This document shows positions 38,190-50,960 of a stretch of 64,000 nucleotides of DNA, in pieces. Numbering within the stretch: position 1 is the stretch's first letter; every line of letters starts with the position of its first letter. The position numbers were made by a program, and so were the translations under genes. The notes below the pieces were generated by a model. The model ran no database searches, was not told the DNA's origin, and saw only the letters and a program-made list of their open reading frames with translations. Source of the stretch: Octopus vulgaris (Eukaryota); contig OX597829.1 of assembly GCA_951406725.2 (NCBI GenBank), forward strand, positions 38,626,001 to 38,690,000, written 5' to 3'.

Positions 38190-39420
38190 TTTCTTCTTTT
38201 TTTTTTTTTTTCTTGATTTGCTTGTTTTGTAGGAAGGGTCATTGTGTCCGTTATCTTTGTAGATTGTTTGAGGAAATGAAATTGGTTCTTCTTGAAGTTA
38301 GCTATAGGAATATGAACAGAGGGAATTCCGAGGGGGAGGCTAATATTTTGGTGAGGAAAAAAACATGGTGAGTGATGAGAGGAGAAGGAACAAGTTGTTC
38401 AATGTCTGATAAAGGTATCATAGGCCCAGTCAACTCTGGGGAGCAGAGGTCATTATAGTAGTGGTAAGAGCAAAAGAGAGAAGACAGTGTGCTTTGGGGG
38501 GGGGGGGATGAGACTGGAGCATATTTATAAGTGACTTTATGCCAATCAGTCAACTGAAATTTTCTGGATAGATAGATGTTGGCATATGCAGCAGCAACAC
38601 TCTCCCAGATGTGAAAGCCATACTCCATTACAGGCCTCTATCTGAGCTTTGTAGAGTGTCAATGACTGTTTGGAGCTGAAGTATCTTTTGGCTCAGAAGA
38701 AGAGGGCAAGTCGTTGGTATGTGGTTTTAGTTACATAAACCCTTTTGATACCAACTCACCCAAAGCCACTCTTTGTTCTATATGATACAATCTTACTGTT
38801 TTAAAGTGGTTTAAATTAAAACCTTCCATCATAACTTCTTGTTTTAAATTCAATTGAAACAAAGACTATATCTCATCAGAAATATGGTAATAAAAAGGTT
38901 AAGCATATACTGGCGATCCTCAGTGACATTGAGGCCCCACATTTCATGCAATTTCAAGAACTCTAGTTACATGCCACTAATGTTTAAAGGGAATGTGGTT
39001 TGGTTATGTTCTTTTGATATAAAGAACGTTTATGGTTTCTTGCTGTTGACAGTCAAGATTGGCATATCTCCTCCATTGCAGGATGCATTCAAGGTCTCTG
39101 TTTGTAGTATTGGTATGGGATTGTATGTAGTGACTAGGGTGCAGTCGCATAGTACATAGTTGGGGAAGATTAGGGAGGGATGAAGGGTAGCATCATTTTC
39201 AAAAGATGTTGCTGGATATGATGGCAGTGAGGTCATTGATATATGGAAGAAAGAGTATAGGGAATAAAACCAAACCCTGGGGCATGCTAGATTTGGTAAG
39301 CTGAGGAACATCTTTGTGATCTGATAGAACACTAATGATCCAAGAAATAAGAAATGGGTGTAGCCTATTGGCAAGCGGTTTCAATAAGAGATTTGCATAC
39401 CAGACATGATCTAAAACTTA
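38190..39420 (-). mobile_element. Degenerate L2/Jockey-group LINE RT fragment
   Basis: SSMPQGLVLFPILFLPYINDL (PQG motif) and YKAQ...MEYGFHIW remnants; probable small MITE inserted at ~38738-38902. Confidence 0.7.
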
Positions 39421-39466
39421 GCTATATACAATGTGTTTAGTAATAGATATGATATGTTTATTTGTA

Positions 39467-40340
39467 TGAGGTAGTATTTAAAAAAAAGTTCCCGGACTAG
39501 TTAAATAAAAAATAACTTATTTACTTAAATTTTAACATCATCTCTTTCGAAATAGTCTCCTTATCAATCCCTATGTTTCTGTCACTTTTGGAATCCTGTC
39601 TGGAAGTCCATTTCTGTAAGCGAGTTGAGGATATTCTGTGATTCACTCTTGTCAGAACGGTGACCTTTGAGCTGCCTTTTCATCTTGGGGAAGAGATGGA
39701 AGACTGCAGGTGGTAAATCTGGTAAATAGGGCAGGTACAGAAGCAATGCCATGTTTTCTTTGGCAAGAAACTGACGAGTGAGGAGAGCTTGGTGACAGAG
39801 TGCATTGTCATCATGAAGAATCCAATTTTATGCACTCCACCAAATGTCCTCCTTCAAACATTTCAAAACATCACAATAAAACTATTGACAGTCTAGCCCT
39901 GGGGGATGAATTTTTAATACACAATACTGACGACATAAAAAAACCACAAAAAAAAAAAGGCATGCTCCTGAATGGGCTGCAGCTCTGTCATGCCTTTTGA
40001 TGCACCTGTGCCACTTGAAACATGGCGTATGACCCATTGCCTTATTGCTATAAACTTGCCAAAGCCTACTCAATGTCTCTAAAGTAGATTTCCCAAGTTT
40101 AAAACAAAATTTCTTGTTGGCTCTTTGTTCTGACTTCCTGTCCATGACAAAAATCACAGTCTACAACATGCATGTGATCACAAAAATGTAGATTACACAA
40201 CTTGTGAAGTAAACACAGCAATATCATTCAGCCCACTGCTTCTTGAAGGTCACTGTTAGTACACACTTTGCATGCAACCATGTGCTGCCATCTGTTGGCA
40301 TGCTACAGAACTAATCCGGGAACTTTTTGATGCCACCTTG
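39467..40340 (-). mobile_element. Internally deleted mariner transposon
   Basis: TIRs (GAGGTAGTATT..AAAAAGTTCCCGGACTAG / CTAATCCGGGAACTTTTTGATGCCACCTTG), TA flanks; EQRANKKFCFKLGKSTLET N-terminus and PYLPDL..FPKMKRQLKG remnant. Confidence 0.9.
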
Positions 40341-40596
40341 TATGGATCATTTGGGAGGTTTTGGGGCTATGCTATCCTGAAATATTTTTGAAGACATGGA
40401 CAAATCAAAGTAGAACTGGACAGGTCATAACATGGAGAGAATGAAAACAACAAGTAGATCTCAGGGGTTACTCATAAGAACTTTAAAAACTACAAATAAA
40501 ATTGTGGTCATCAACAGATTCAATGGCAAGACAGCAATGACAAATTACAGACAAAAATTTGAGAGAATCCAGAAAATTATTAATTAAACTGAAGTT

Positions 40597-40909
40597 CAGT
40601 TCTATATTTAAGAGATGAGGAATTATGTACGTTATTTAAATTTGATGGATATTTGTTCTCATCTTGTTTGTTGTTAACATACCATTTCAGACATATGGTG
40701 TAGTGGTTAAGAGCGCTGGCTACTAACCCCAAATTCCAGGCAGTGAACTGGATGATGATAATAATAATAATATCAAAAAATATCTTAGGAATGAGAATCC
40801 AGGTTCAAAATTTCCCCAAGACACCTGATGAAGGTTGGAGGGTATATCAGCTGAAACGTTGTGTTAGCAACAAACAAGATGAGGACAAATATCTGTCAAA
40901 TGTAAATAA
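40597..40909 (+). mobile_element. tRNA-headed, hammerhead-bearing SINE-like element with an inverted 3'-end copy and TSD
   Basis: Inverted 3' end 40597-40690; head TGGTGTAGTGGTTAAGAGCGC; (AAT)n; hammerhead; TSD TAAACTGAAGTT/TAAACTGAGGTT. Confidence 0.8.
40821..40864 (+). ncRNA. Minimal type I hammerhead ribozyme
   Basis: ACAC-CUGAUGA-A-GGUUG-10nt-CAGCU-GAAAC-GUU^GUGU; stem III is the self-complementary ACGU. Confidence 0.8.
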
Positions 40910-41709
40910 TAAACTGAGGTTGTCAGTTGATGTAATATCAAGATGATATACAGATCTTCAAACCTAGAAAGTGGAGAGAGAGAAACACAAAACCCAAAAC
41001 AAATTGTGACAGCTAGGGAAGATGTACTCTCAGTGAAGGCTGAGGGACAGTGTCTGGAACTAATGCTGAAGAAGAAAGATAATAACATAAGTAATATTAA
41101 GTAGATAATATTAGATTGAGGTGAGAGTGTGTGTGTGTGTGTGTGTATGTGGTGTTCTAAATGGCCACTAATAGGACCAATTCTATCATGGGCATTTGGT
41201 TTACATTTTCACACTCAGATCAAATCACTGTTACTGGTGTTGGTAGTGTTGGCAACATTGCTGGTAATAACAGGGCAGGTGGGTGGGGATAATAGTGGTG
41301 GAATAAAAATAGCTAAATTTGTTCTTATGTTTCATTTTTTTTTCTTTCTTTCTTTCTTTTTTACCTCTATTCCAAAAAAGTGTAAGCTTACAAGTCTTCC
41401 TCATTCTTCGCGTAATGCCTGTCTATTTCCTCCTACCCTCTCTCGCTTTCTTTTTTCTCTTCCTTTCCATTACTCCCCTCACTTTCATCCCAATTCCTCA
41501 TTCCCCCTCCCCTCCTTTGTATTTACATTCCTGTATGTACTTCTCCCTATTTCTCTCTTTCTTTCCCCTCTGCCTCTCTCTTTGTATTTCTTTCTCCCTA
41601 TCTCTCCATTTTTATGTTCTTTTTCAATAACATCTCAAGGAACTACACAGGTACCAGTTCTTTATTAACCCACACTTAACACATTAAAATTCCTTATATG
41701 TACACCCTT

Positions 41710-41747
<38 letters not shown>

Positions 41748-42380
41748 TTTACGCATCCATATACAAATGAGTATGCCATACACACAGAGGTGCATACACA
41801 TGCATGCACACATAGGCGTGTGTACGCCATGTGGACACACTTGTATGGTATGCTTGTATATACATTCACATACAAGTATATGCATTTCATATATGCACAC
41901 AGGTACACATTCATGGAATACATACCTGTATGCACATATAGTGTTCATACACATATAATATATATGTGCACATATAATGTTCATACAAGTATGAACGTTA
42001 TATGTGCACATAATCACACATGCGTATACTCACCTACACATCCATATTGTTTTCAAGGCTTTACATGCTGCATTCATTTGTAGTTGGATGCTTACTTTCA
42101 CATCTGTAATAAAATAGTAACTTCTTTAATGCTGTTTCTATTTATTATTATTATTATCATCATCATCATCATTATTCCTCCCCATTTTTCCAACTTGAAG
42201 AACACGGGGAATTTTCCAGTAAGATGATATTACAAACCAGGTGTGTTCCGAAATCAACATAACTAGCTCTAATAATAGCCCGGTTGTATTATGCTTCAGT
42301 AACGCATTATTCCATGCCAAGTGACGACATTTACTTCAATATACGTATGTATTGCATAGTGTTAGAATTTATTCTTTTAT

Positions 42381-42541
42381 ACACAGGAGTGGCTGTGTGG
42401 TAAGTAGCTTGTTTACCAACCACATGGTTCTGGGTTCAGTCCCACTGCGTGGCACCTTGGGCAAGTGTCTTCTACTATAGCCTAGGGCCGACCAAAGCCT
42501 TGTGAGTGGATTTGGTAGACCGAAACTGAAAGAAGCCCGTC

Positions 42542-42592
<51 letters not shown>

Positions 42593-42816
42593 CGGGTATG
42601 TTTGTGTGTCTCTGCTTGTCCCCCTAGCATTGCTTGACAACCAATGCTGGTGTGTTTATGTCCCTGTCATTTAGCGGTTCGGCAAAAGAGACTGATAGAA
42701 TAAGTACTGGGCTTACAAAGAATAAGTCCCGGGGTTGAGTTGCTCGATTAAAGGTGGTGCTCCAGCATGGCCGCAGTCAAATGACTGAAACAAGTAAAAG
42801 AGTAAAGAGTAAGAGT
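42381..42816 (+). mobile_element. SINE family A, full length
   Basis: Collinear match to other A copies. Confidence 0.9.
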
Positions 42817-43917
42817 TACTAATTTCAGTAATAGGACTGTGGCCATTCTGGAGCACTTTTTTTCTGTGTAATTGATTATATCAACCTCTCCAGAACACAC
42901 ACACACACACACACACACACAGCCTTCTCTGCAATATCTCTTTTATCCAATATTGAATGGGTACAAGGTAAAGTGGACCCTAGGTAGAATTTGAACTCAG
43001 AATGTGAAAGGACACTAGGCTCTATCTTCTGCTATGGCTTCAATTTCGCCAATACCTTATAAATGGAATTTGGTAGGTGGAAACTATACGGAATCATCTC
43101 TAGCCTCTAATCAGACAGCATGTAGATGGCATTTTCATGCTGACTTCTCACAAGGGAGCAATTATCATATTGTAATGCATTCAGCAACTTTGATAACCTC
43201 AAAGGCTTTTGAAATAAGCTAATGACAGCTAACTGGCAGAATTGTTAGCACACCAGATGGAATGCTTATAGACATTTCTTCTGGCTTTAAGTCCTGAGTT
43301 TGAATTCAGCCAAGGTCAACTTTGCCTTTCATCCTTTTGGGGTCAATGAAATAAGCACCAGTTCGATGTAATTGACTAACCCACTTTTCACAAAATTGCT
43401 GGTTTTGTGCTAATAGTAGTAAGAATTATTACAAAAGATGGTGCCCCAGCATGGCCTCAGACTCTGGCTGAAACCAGTAAAAGTAAAAATAACACCAGAT
43501 CTCTCTCTTTGTCTCTTTTTCTCTCCTGTCTCTCTCCCCCCTTTTGTCTCCCTTCCTATTCCCTCTCCCCCCCTCTCTCTCTGCCTAGAAACCAGAGAGA
43601 AGGGATCCAGTAATACCAGCTTCTATTAGAAAACATCTTGTAGGTGTCTTTGTGCACTATAGGTTAGTCCTACTTCCCTGAGCCAAGGCTGCCTTTGTAT
43701 GAGATGAAATAATTTGTGTTCACAACTAAAACGGTCTTTACAGCTTACAACTTTCACATCTGTAATAGAATTAGTAGCTTCTTTAGTGCTGTTCTATTTT
43801 TTTTATTTTTTATTCCTCTTTAACCTTCTACAAAGGAAGTTAATGACGATGTCCATGTAGCATTCGTTACTAGACACTAACTTGATAGTATAACCCAAGT
43901 TCATACATCTTGATGAC

Positions 43918-44110
43918 ATCATCATCATCATCATTTAACATCAGCTTTCCATGCTAGCATAGGTTGGACGATTTTGACCGAGGGCTGGTGAACCAGATGG
44001 CTGCACCAGGCTCCAATCTTGATCTGGCAGAGTTTCTACAGCCTGATGCCCTTCCTAATGCCAACCACTCCGAGAGTGTAGTGGGTGCTTTTTACGTGCC
44101 ACTGGCACTT
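43918..44110 (-). mobile_element. Repeat family C 3' part
   Basis: (CAT)n followed by the C tail in reverse. Confidence 0.8.
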
Positions 44111-44543
44111 TGCACATCATCATCATCATCAATTAATGTCCCTGTTTCATATTAGCTTGGTTCCATACTAACTTGGTTGTCAAGACCCAATGAGTTCAAG
44201 GACTGCATCAAGCTCCAGAGTCTGCTTTGGCATGGTTTCTATGGCTGTCTGTCCAGCTGGCTGGTTGACTGTCTGACTGGCTTGCCTGTCTGCTTGTTTG
44301 TTAGGCTGCCTGTCTGTTTAGCTGCCTGTCTGCATGCCTGACTGGCTGTGTGTGTGTGTATGTGGGCACTTACATTTGGAACATAATATTATGACTATCT
44401 TGGCAACAGCAGATGCATGTTTCAAATATCTTGGGTGGCTGTCCACCTTTAATTACCAAAGGGTTTTTTTTTCTCCCAACATAGTATGTATGGGTTCTTA
44501 CAGTTACATTTGAGATATCTCGTTAGACATATATAAGAGGTCA

Positions 44544-44790
44544 TATAAATGGCAGCAGAATAAAAAATTGTTATGAACTTCATCAGCTTACGGCTGTTCT
44601 TGTTATAAGATGCAATGTTCTCACAGTTGAGTGTTTGTATATCACCTTATAGCTTCATTTTTGAAGTTCTGATGAAACTATAAGGTGATACACAAGCTCT
44701 CAACTATGAGTGCATTGCACCCTGTAACAGAAACAGCTTTGTGCTAATGTAAGTCATTACATAATTTTTCATTTCTCTGTCATATATATA
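44544..44790. mobile_element. Old foldback of a hammerhead-bearing Penelope-like end
   Basis: Diverged ~115 bp inverted arms; + arm AGUU-CUGAUGA-[long stem II]-GAAAC-AGCU (44665-44738). Confidence 0.6.
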
Positions 44791-44794
44791 ATCT

Positions 44795-45024
44795 TATTTC
44801 TTTATTGCCCACAAGGAGCTAAACATAGAGGGGCAAACAAGGACAGACAAATGGATTAAGTCGATTACATCGACCCCAGTATGTAACTGGTACTTATTTA
44901 ATCGATCCCGAAAGGATGAAAGCAAAGTCGACCTCGGTGGAATTTGAACACAGAACGTAACGGCAGATGAAATACCGCTAAGCATTTCACCCAGCGCGCT
45001 AACATTTCTGCCAGCTTGCCGCCT
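44795..45024 (-). mobile_element. SINE family B with TSD
   Basis: Full-length B copy; TGTCATATATATAATCT duplicated on both flanks. Confidence 0.9.
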
Positions 45025-45340
45025 GTCATATATATAATCTCTTATTACCCTCTACAACTAAGTTTTCTCTGAAGTATATTCAGTTCCAACACCAAGTTAT
45101 TAGTATCATTTTGCCTAAGAAATATATCATTTAACATCTGTTTTCCATGCTGGCATGGGTTGGATGGTTTGACAGGAGCTGGCCAGTTGAAGAATTGTCC
45201 AGGCTCCATGTCTGTTTTGGCATGACTTCTATGGCTGGTTGTTTTTCCTAATGCCAACCACTTAAGGGTGCTTTTTATCTGGCACCAGCACCCATGTGTC
45301 CACAAGATTAGGAATGCTCAGCGGGTGCAGAGAATATATG

Positions 45341-46241
45341 CAAGTTGGTATCAAAAAGTTTCTAAACTAGTTATTTTTAATAAAAAAATAACTTTTTTTT
45401 ACCTAAGTCTTAACATCATCTGCTACGAAATAGTCACTTTGCACATCAATACACTGCTCCCAGCATTCCTGCCACTTTTGGAATCCAGCCTGGAAATTAT
45501 TTTCTGTGAGTTGAGGACCTTCTGCAATTTTCTCTGGATCTTGACAGCAGTGTTAAAACAGCGACCTTTGAGCTGCATTTTCATCTAGGAGAAGAAATGG
45601 AATTTCGCAGGTGTTAAATCTGGTAAATAGGGTGGGTGCAGAAGCAGTACCATTTTGTTTTTGGCAAGAAACTCACGAGTGAGGAGAGCTCGGTGACAGG
45701 GTGCATTGTCATTTCTGAAGAATCCAATTTTTCGCACTCCACAGACTCGGTCGCTTTCACCAAATATCCTTCTTCAAATTATTCAAAACTTCATTGGTTC
45801 TCCTCCAATGATCTTCATGCACAACATGCTGATGAATTTCCCCCACATTTCTGGCGCTGACAATCTTGGCAAGTCTTCTGGATCACACATCGTCTTCCAG
45901 AGCTGATATTCCACTCTTGAAGCACCCATGCCACTCAAAACATTGCATACGACCCATTGCTGAAGCATGTTCAATGTTTCTGTAGCAGACTTTCAAAGCT
46001 AAATGCGAAATTTCATGTTAGTTCTTTGTTCCACCTTCCTGTCCATGACAAAAATTGCAGACTATAGCTGACATGTAATCACAGAAACACAAATTTCAGA
46101 ACTTGGAAAATAAACACAGTGCTGTCACTTGGCACACTGCCTCATGAAGGTCACTGCTAGCTTTCACTGTGCACACAACCATGTGCTGCCATCTGTTGGC
46201 ATGCTACAGAACTAGTCCAGCAACTTTTTGATACTAACTTG
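45341..46241 (-). mobile_element. Second internally deleted mariner, same family as 39467
   Basis: TIRs CAAGTTGGTATCAAAAAGTT / AACTTTTTGATACTAACTTG; MKMQLKGRCF remnant. Confidence 0.9.
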
Positions 46242-46504
46242 TGTGTATGTATATATATATATATATATAAAAGTAATTTTAGAGACAGAACCACCTTCAA
46301 CTCAATCAACGCTGAAAGATTTTATACCCGATCGCTCCATAAAATGTTAAAAATTAAATCTTATACTAACCATATTTATTCTGAGAGATGTTCATTTTAG
46401 TATATCTAATCTGAACGTCTTTTTCTTCTGTACTCGGAAGTAATATTCCCTAATAATTATAATAATATATATACACACACACACACGTGTGTGTGCATGT
46501 ATTT

Positions 46505-46551
<47 letters not shown>

Positions 46552-46592
46552 GTGTGTGCATGTGTTTATATATATATATATATATATATATC

Positions 46593-46800
46593 AGTCGCCG
46601 TGATAGATCATTAGCCACTACACACATTTTTTCTCTCCTTGTTTTTTCTGTGTCTCTTTCTGTAGAAGAGCTTAGGCTTGAAACATAAAAGACTTTTTCT
46701 ATTCCTGAGCGTTATACTAATACATCTGTTTGTTTTGTACACCGCCTGTCTTTGTCTTTTGTTTTTTTCGTAAACTCTCCCTGTATATAATACATTCAAC
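46593..46800 (+). mobile_element. Monomer of the 194 bp hammerhead-like unit
   Basis: Near-identical to the 30155-30733 units; motif at 46656-46691; adjacent to (TA)n. Confidence 0.75.
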
Positions 46801-48522
46801 AAATATTTTGTGTATTTTTGATTATAAAGACTCGTAGATACTTTTGATGAAGTTCTAAGATAAAAAAATATAAAAATTCATTTGCTGAAATAAACTCTGT
46901 GACTTGGAATCTTTAAAAACATTTGGAGTGGGGAGCAGTCATAACAAAGAAAAAACAAAACTATATATGAAAAATAACATTAGAATAATGGAATATATTA
47001 CTTATTCACACTCTTGACTAATTCTTTAGCTTAATGAGTAAAGTTCTATGAAACAAAAATGTTTATGAAAAAACTATTTATAATTAAATTGATATTTAAG
47101 ATTCAACTTACCCTTTTAATGGTTCGATTTTAAACTGAAAGAATGTTTTTTTTATTATTTATTTATCTATTGTTTATGATTCTAGAGCAAAAAAAAAAGG
47201 TGAGGTGGAAATAAAATGCTAACAAAAAATTTTTTTTTTCTAAAAATGTTCAAAGCAAAATTAAAATCAGATCAAATTCTAATTTTTGATTTTTGATTTT
47301 ATTTATTTATTTATTTTCACTTTTATTTACTTTTTTGTTTCATTTCCTTACCTCCTCCTTCATCTCTCAGCACACACACATTTATACACACACACACATG
47401 CACAACTTTATTGCTCATGTTCAGTGTAATGAAATGCAGTATCATAATTCAATTGAACTATTACAATTTTTTTTGTTATGTTGTTTATTTGATAGGATAG
47501 CGTGATTTTGTTGTTGTTTTTAAATAAAACAGGAATACTGTTGTAGGATTGGTTGCATAAATTGTGAATAATGTCATGTGATTGCATAAGACATGAATAA
47601 TATTATTATTGATTAGATAACACATGAATAATGTTATATGATTGATCACATTTTGTGAAACTCTTTTTAAATGCAAACAAGAATAATGTTCTGAAATTGA
47701 TTGAATAAAATGGGGTTAATGTCAGATGATTGATTGCATAAAACAGGGTTAATGTCAGATGATTGATTGCATAAAATGTGATTAATGTTGTACAGTTGAT
47801 TGCATAGTGTGGAAATCTTTTATCGAGGAAACAAAGTTAAGTGCATACTTTCAAAATTGGTCCTGTTAATGTTAGCTTAAGTCAAACCATAAAAATGCTG
47901 CTGTTTAGTCATTATTGAACAGACCTATCATTAAAAGTTTTCCATCAATGACCTCACTGTCGAGTTGTATTGCAAGGAAACAAGTACATCGCTTGTCATT
48001 TAAGTCGATGATTGGGGAAGAGTTGATAGTTAACTATGTAAAGTTTCTGTTCATTCGCTCTACAATCTGACCTGCTGGAACACTATACTTTCTGTGTTTG
48101 TGTGTGTGTGTATGTGTAATAATATACATAAAAAAAGCAGAGAGAATTAGAGATTCCCTAGTTTACTTGACAGCTTGATCCTCAAAAAATATGACACCCT
48201 CTCTCTGTGTGGTGGGGGCGTACATAATAATATACTTAAATCTAAAGAGGAAAGCGAAGAAACAGAAGCATTTCTATAATTGGTAACATAATCAACCTTA
48301 ATGCAATGAATACTGGAAGTTGATTCGTGTCAAAGAATCTGCTCTTTATCTACAGGCACAGAGTAAACTCTGCTAAAGGCTAACTGGAGTACTTTAAATT
48401 TATAGGTCTACTAAAGGTGAGCAATCCTGTGATGAAATACATTCCAGCTGTGATCACTCAAATCTTTTATTCAGGCGTAATGAATCTAAGATTACATTAT
48501 CTAATGTATCATTTTTTTTTTA

Positions 48523-49090
48523 GGCATGGTTGTGCGGTAAGAAGCTTGCTTCTAAACCACTTGGTTCTAGGTTCACAGCTACTTCATGGAGCCTTGATCA
48601 AGTGTCTTCTACTATAGTCCCAGGCCAACCAAAGTGCCGTGAGCAGATTTGGTAGACAGAAGCCCACGATATATGTATGTAAAGTGGCAAACTGGCAGAA
48701 ATGTTAGCATACCGGGTGAAATGTGTAGCCGTATTTTGTCTACCATTATGTTCTGAGTTCAAATTTTGCCAAGGTCGACTTTGCCTTTCATCCTTTCGAG
48801 GTTGATAAATTAAGTACCAGTTACGCACTGGGGTCGATGTAATCGACTTAATCCGTTTGTTTGTCCCCTCTGTGTTTAGCCCCTTGTGGGTAGTAAAGAA
48901 ATATGTATGTATGTAATGTGTTTGTGTTTGTCCCCTACCACCACTTGACCACTGGTTTGGCAAAAGAGACTGGTAGTGTAAGTACCAGGTTGAAGAAAAA
49001 AATAACCAAGTATTAGGGTCAATTCGTTCAACTAAAAAAACAAACACTTTAAGGCTGCAGTCCAATAACAAACAAGTAAAAGATAATAGA
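48523..49090 (+). mobile_element. SINE A with SINE B (48682-48902) inserted in its central microsatellite
   Basis: A head, full B copy, then A tail. Confidence 0.8.
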
Positions 49091-49624
49091 TAGATAGGAG
49101 AGTGTGATTTTGGCTGGTGTTCTTGAAAGTCAAACAACTGCAAATAAGGTTCTTTAATTGTTGTATTTTATCTTCATGTTAATTAACTGAAACATATCAT
49201 TCATGTTATGAGGTTTTGAATGACAGTTTCATTAAATTATAAACTTGTTTAGTGGAGTTGATCAAGGGTAAGTTGATATTAAGTGTTGATCACACAGTTA
49301 TTGATACTCTAAGATACCTCACTGTACTACAACTTTACCCAGACACTCAAGTCAACGTTTCTGTCTACCTAGCTCTAAATTGGTACTATAACATGGTATA
49401 CTTCTCTGTACTGTATCCCATAACCATTGCACTTAACTGTCAACAGTTTAGTCTACCTAGCTATAAATATGTACCACAATGTTGTACAATTCACTGTATA
49501 ATGTCTACGGTCAAGAAAATATCAACAGTTCAGTGTATGGTGTCTATGAATTATTGACGGTTTAGTCTGTCAAGCTGTATATTGGCCCCCTCAGTGTAGT
49601 TTAGTTCAAACAAAATATAAATCA

Positions 49625-50185
49625 CTAGCAGTATCACCCGGCGTTGCTCGGGTTTGTAAGGGAAATAACTATATAAGCATTTTTAGAGAGTTACTTCCCT
49701 TATAGATGCCAATTCGGGCTTTCTTAGCCATTTCTGTTTTGCTGTCTTCAAGCCATGAAGTCGTTGTTCTAAAAGAACGCTGGTCTCCTTGACAACGCTT
49801 TACGACGTTGATTTCCTTACACTCCCTTCCCCACAGCTTCACGAGGGAGGGAAGAAGGGGGAGAAGCAAACAGGTGTGACCGTGGATGCCAACTCCGCTG
49901 CCATCGACACACGAAAAATTATGCATTAAAATGGAATAAAAAATTATGTTAAATTATTTTTAAAATCGTAGACTCATCGTAGACGCGCACTAATACCCAG
50001 ACGGGCTCGATATGAATCATTTCATTTTCATTTCATTTCATTTGGGTTTGAGTCCATGCTCAGGCCAAGTCGAAGACTCCAAGATACCCGAATTTGGTTA
50101 AACTGCACCGCAAAATGTGGGAGTAGTTAGGAATCTAAATCGAAGGGGACAGACACTCACACAACTACAGTTTTATATATATAGA
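49625..50185 (-). mobile_element. Non-autonomous Helitron
   Basis: Minus strand 5' TC...CCCGAGCAACGCCGGG hairpin...CTAG 3', A/T target, no TSD; second copy at 55878. Confidence 0.85.
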
Positions 50186-50334
50186 TTACTGGTGAAATGG
50201 AAGTCTAATAATATCAGTGGACTCAAAAGATCATTGGTGCCTTGTTTTTACAAGAGTAGTTAATACAGTACAAGCAAATAATTAGGCAAGAACCCTGAGT
50301 CTTTGTGATAGGTTTGGAAACCGTTTTATCTTGA

Positions 50335-50960
50335 ATCTGTTTTAGTCATTAGACGGTAGCCATGCTGGGGCACCACCTTGAACTTTTAGTCCAATGAATT
50401 GACCCCAGTACTTATTTTTTTAAGCCTAGTACTTATACGACAGGTTTCTTTCAGTTTCCATCTACCAAATCCACTCACAAGGCTCTGGTTGGCCTGAAGC
50501 TATAGCAGAAGACACTTGCCCAAGGTGTCACGCAGTGGGACTGAACCCAGAACCATGTAGTTGGTAAGCGAGCTTCTTACCACACAGCCACTCCTGCACT
50601 TTTTTATTTTTTTAAATCTTTTTATTTATTTCAGTCATTAGACTGTGGCCATGCTGGAGCACCATCTTGAATTTTTAGTAAAAGGAATCAACCCCGGTAC
50701 TTTATTTTTATTTTTAAGCCTGGTAATTATTCTGTTGGTCTCTTTTGCCAAACCAATAAGTTACAGGAACCTAAATACACCAACGCCAATTGTCAAACAG
50801 TGGTAGGAGACAAACACACACACACACACATATACATATATGACAGACATTTTGGTTTATGTCCTCCAAATCCACTTTCAAGGCTTTGTACAAACTGAGG
50901 CTTTAGTAAAAGACACTTGCCCAAGGTGCCATATACTGGGACTGAACCCGGAACCATGTG
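50335..50960 (-). mobile_element. Two SINE family A copies
   Basis: Collinear matches at 50335-50598 and 50620-50960. Confidence 0.8.

Noticed and set aside
39882-40157. Active mariner transposase or SETMAR-like gene
   Set aside because: Only N- and C-terminal remnants with frameshifts in a ~0.9 kb deleted element
46271-46460. Unique-looking island between TA tracts, possible PLE fragment
   Set aside because: No hammerhead core, inverted arm or second copy found
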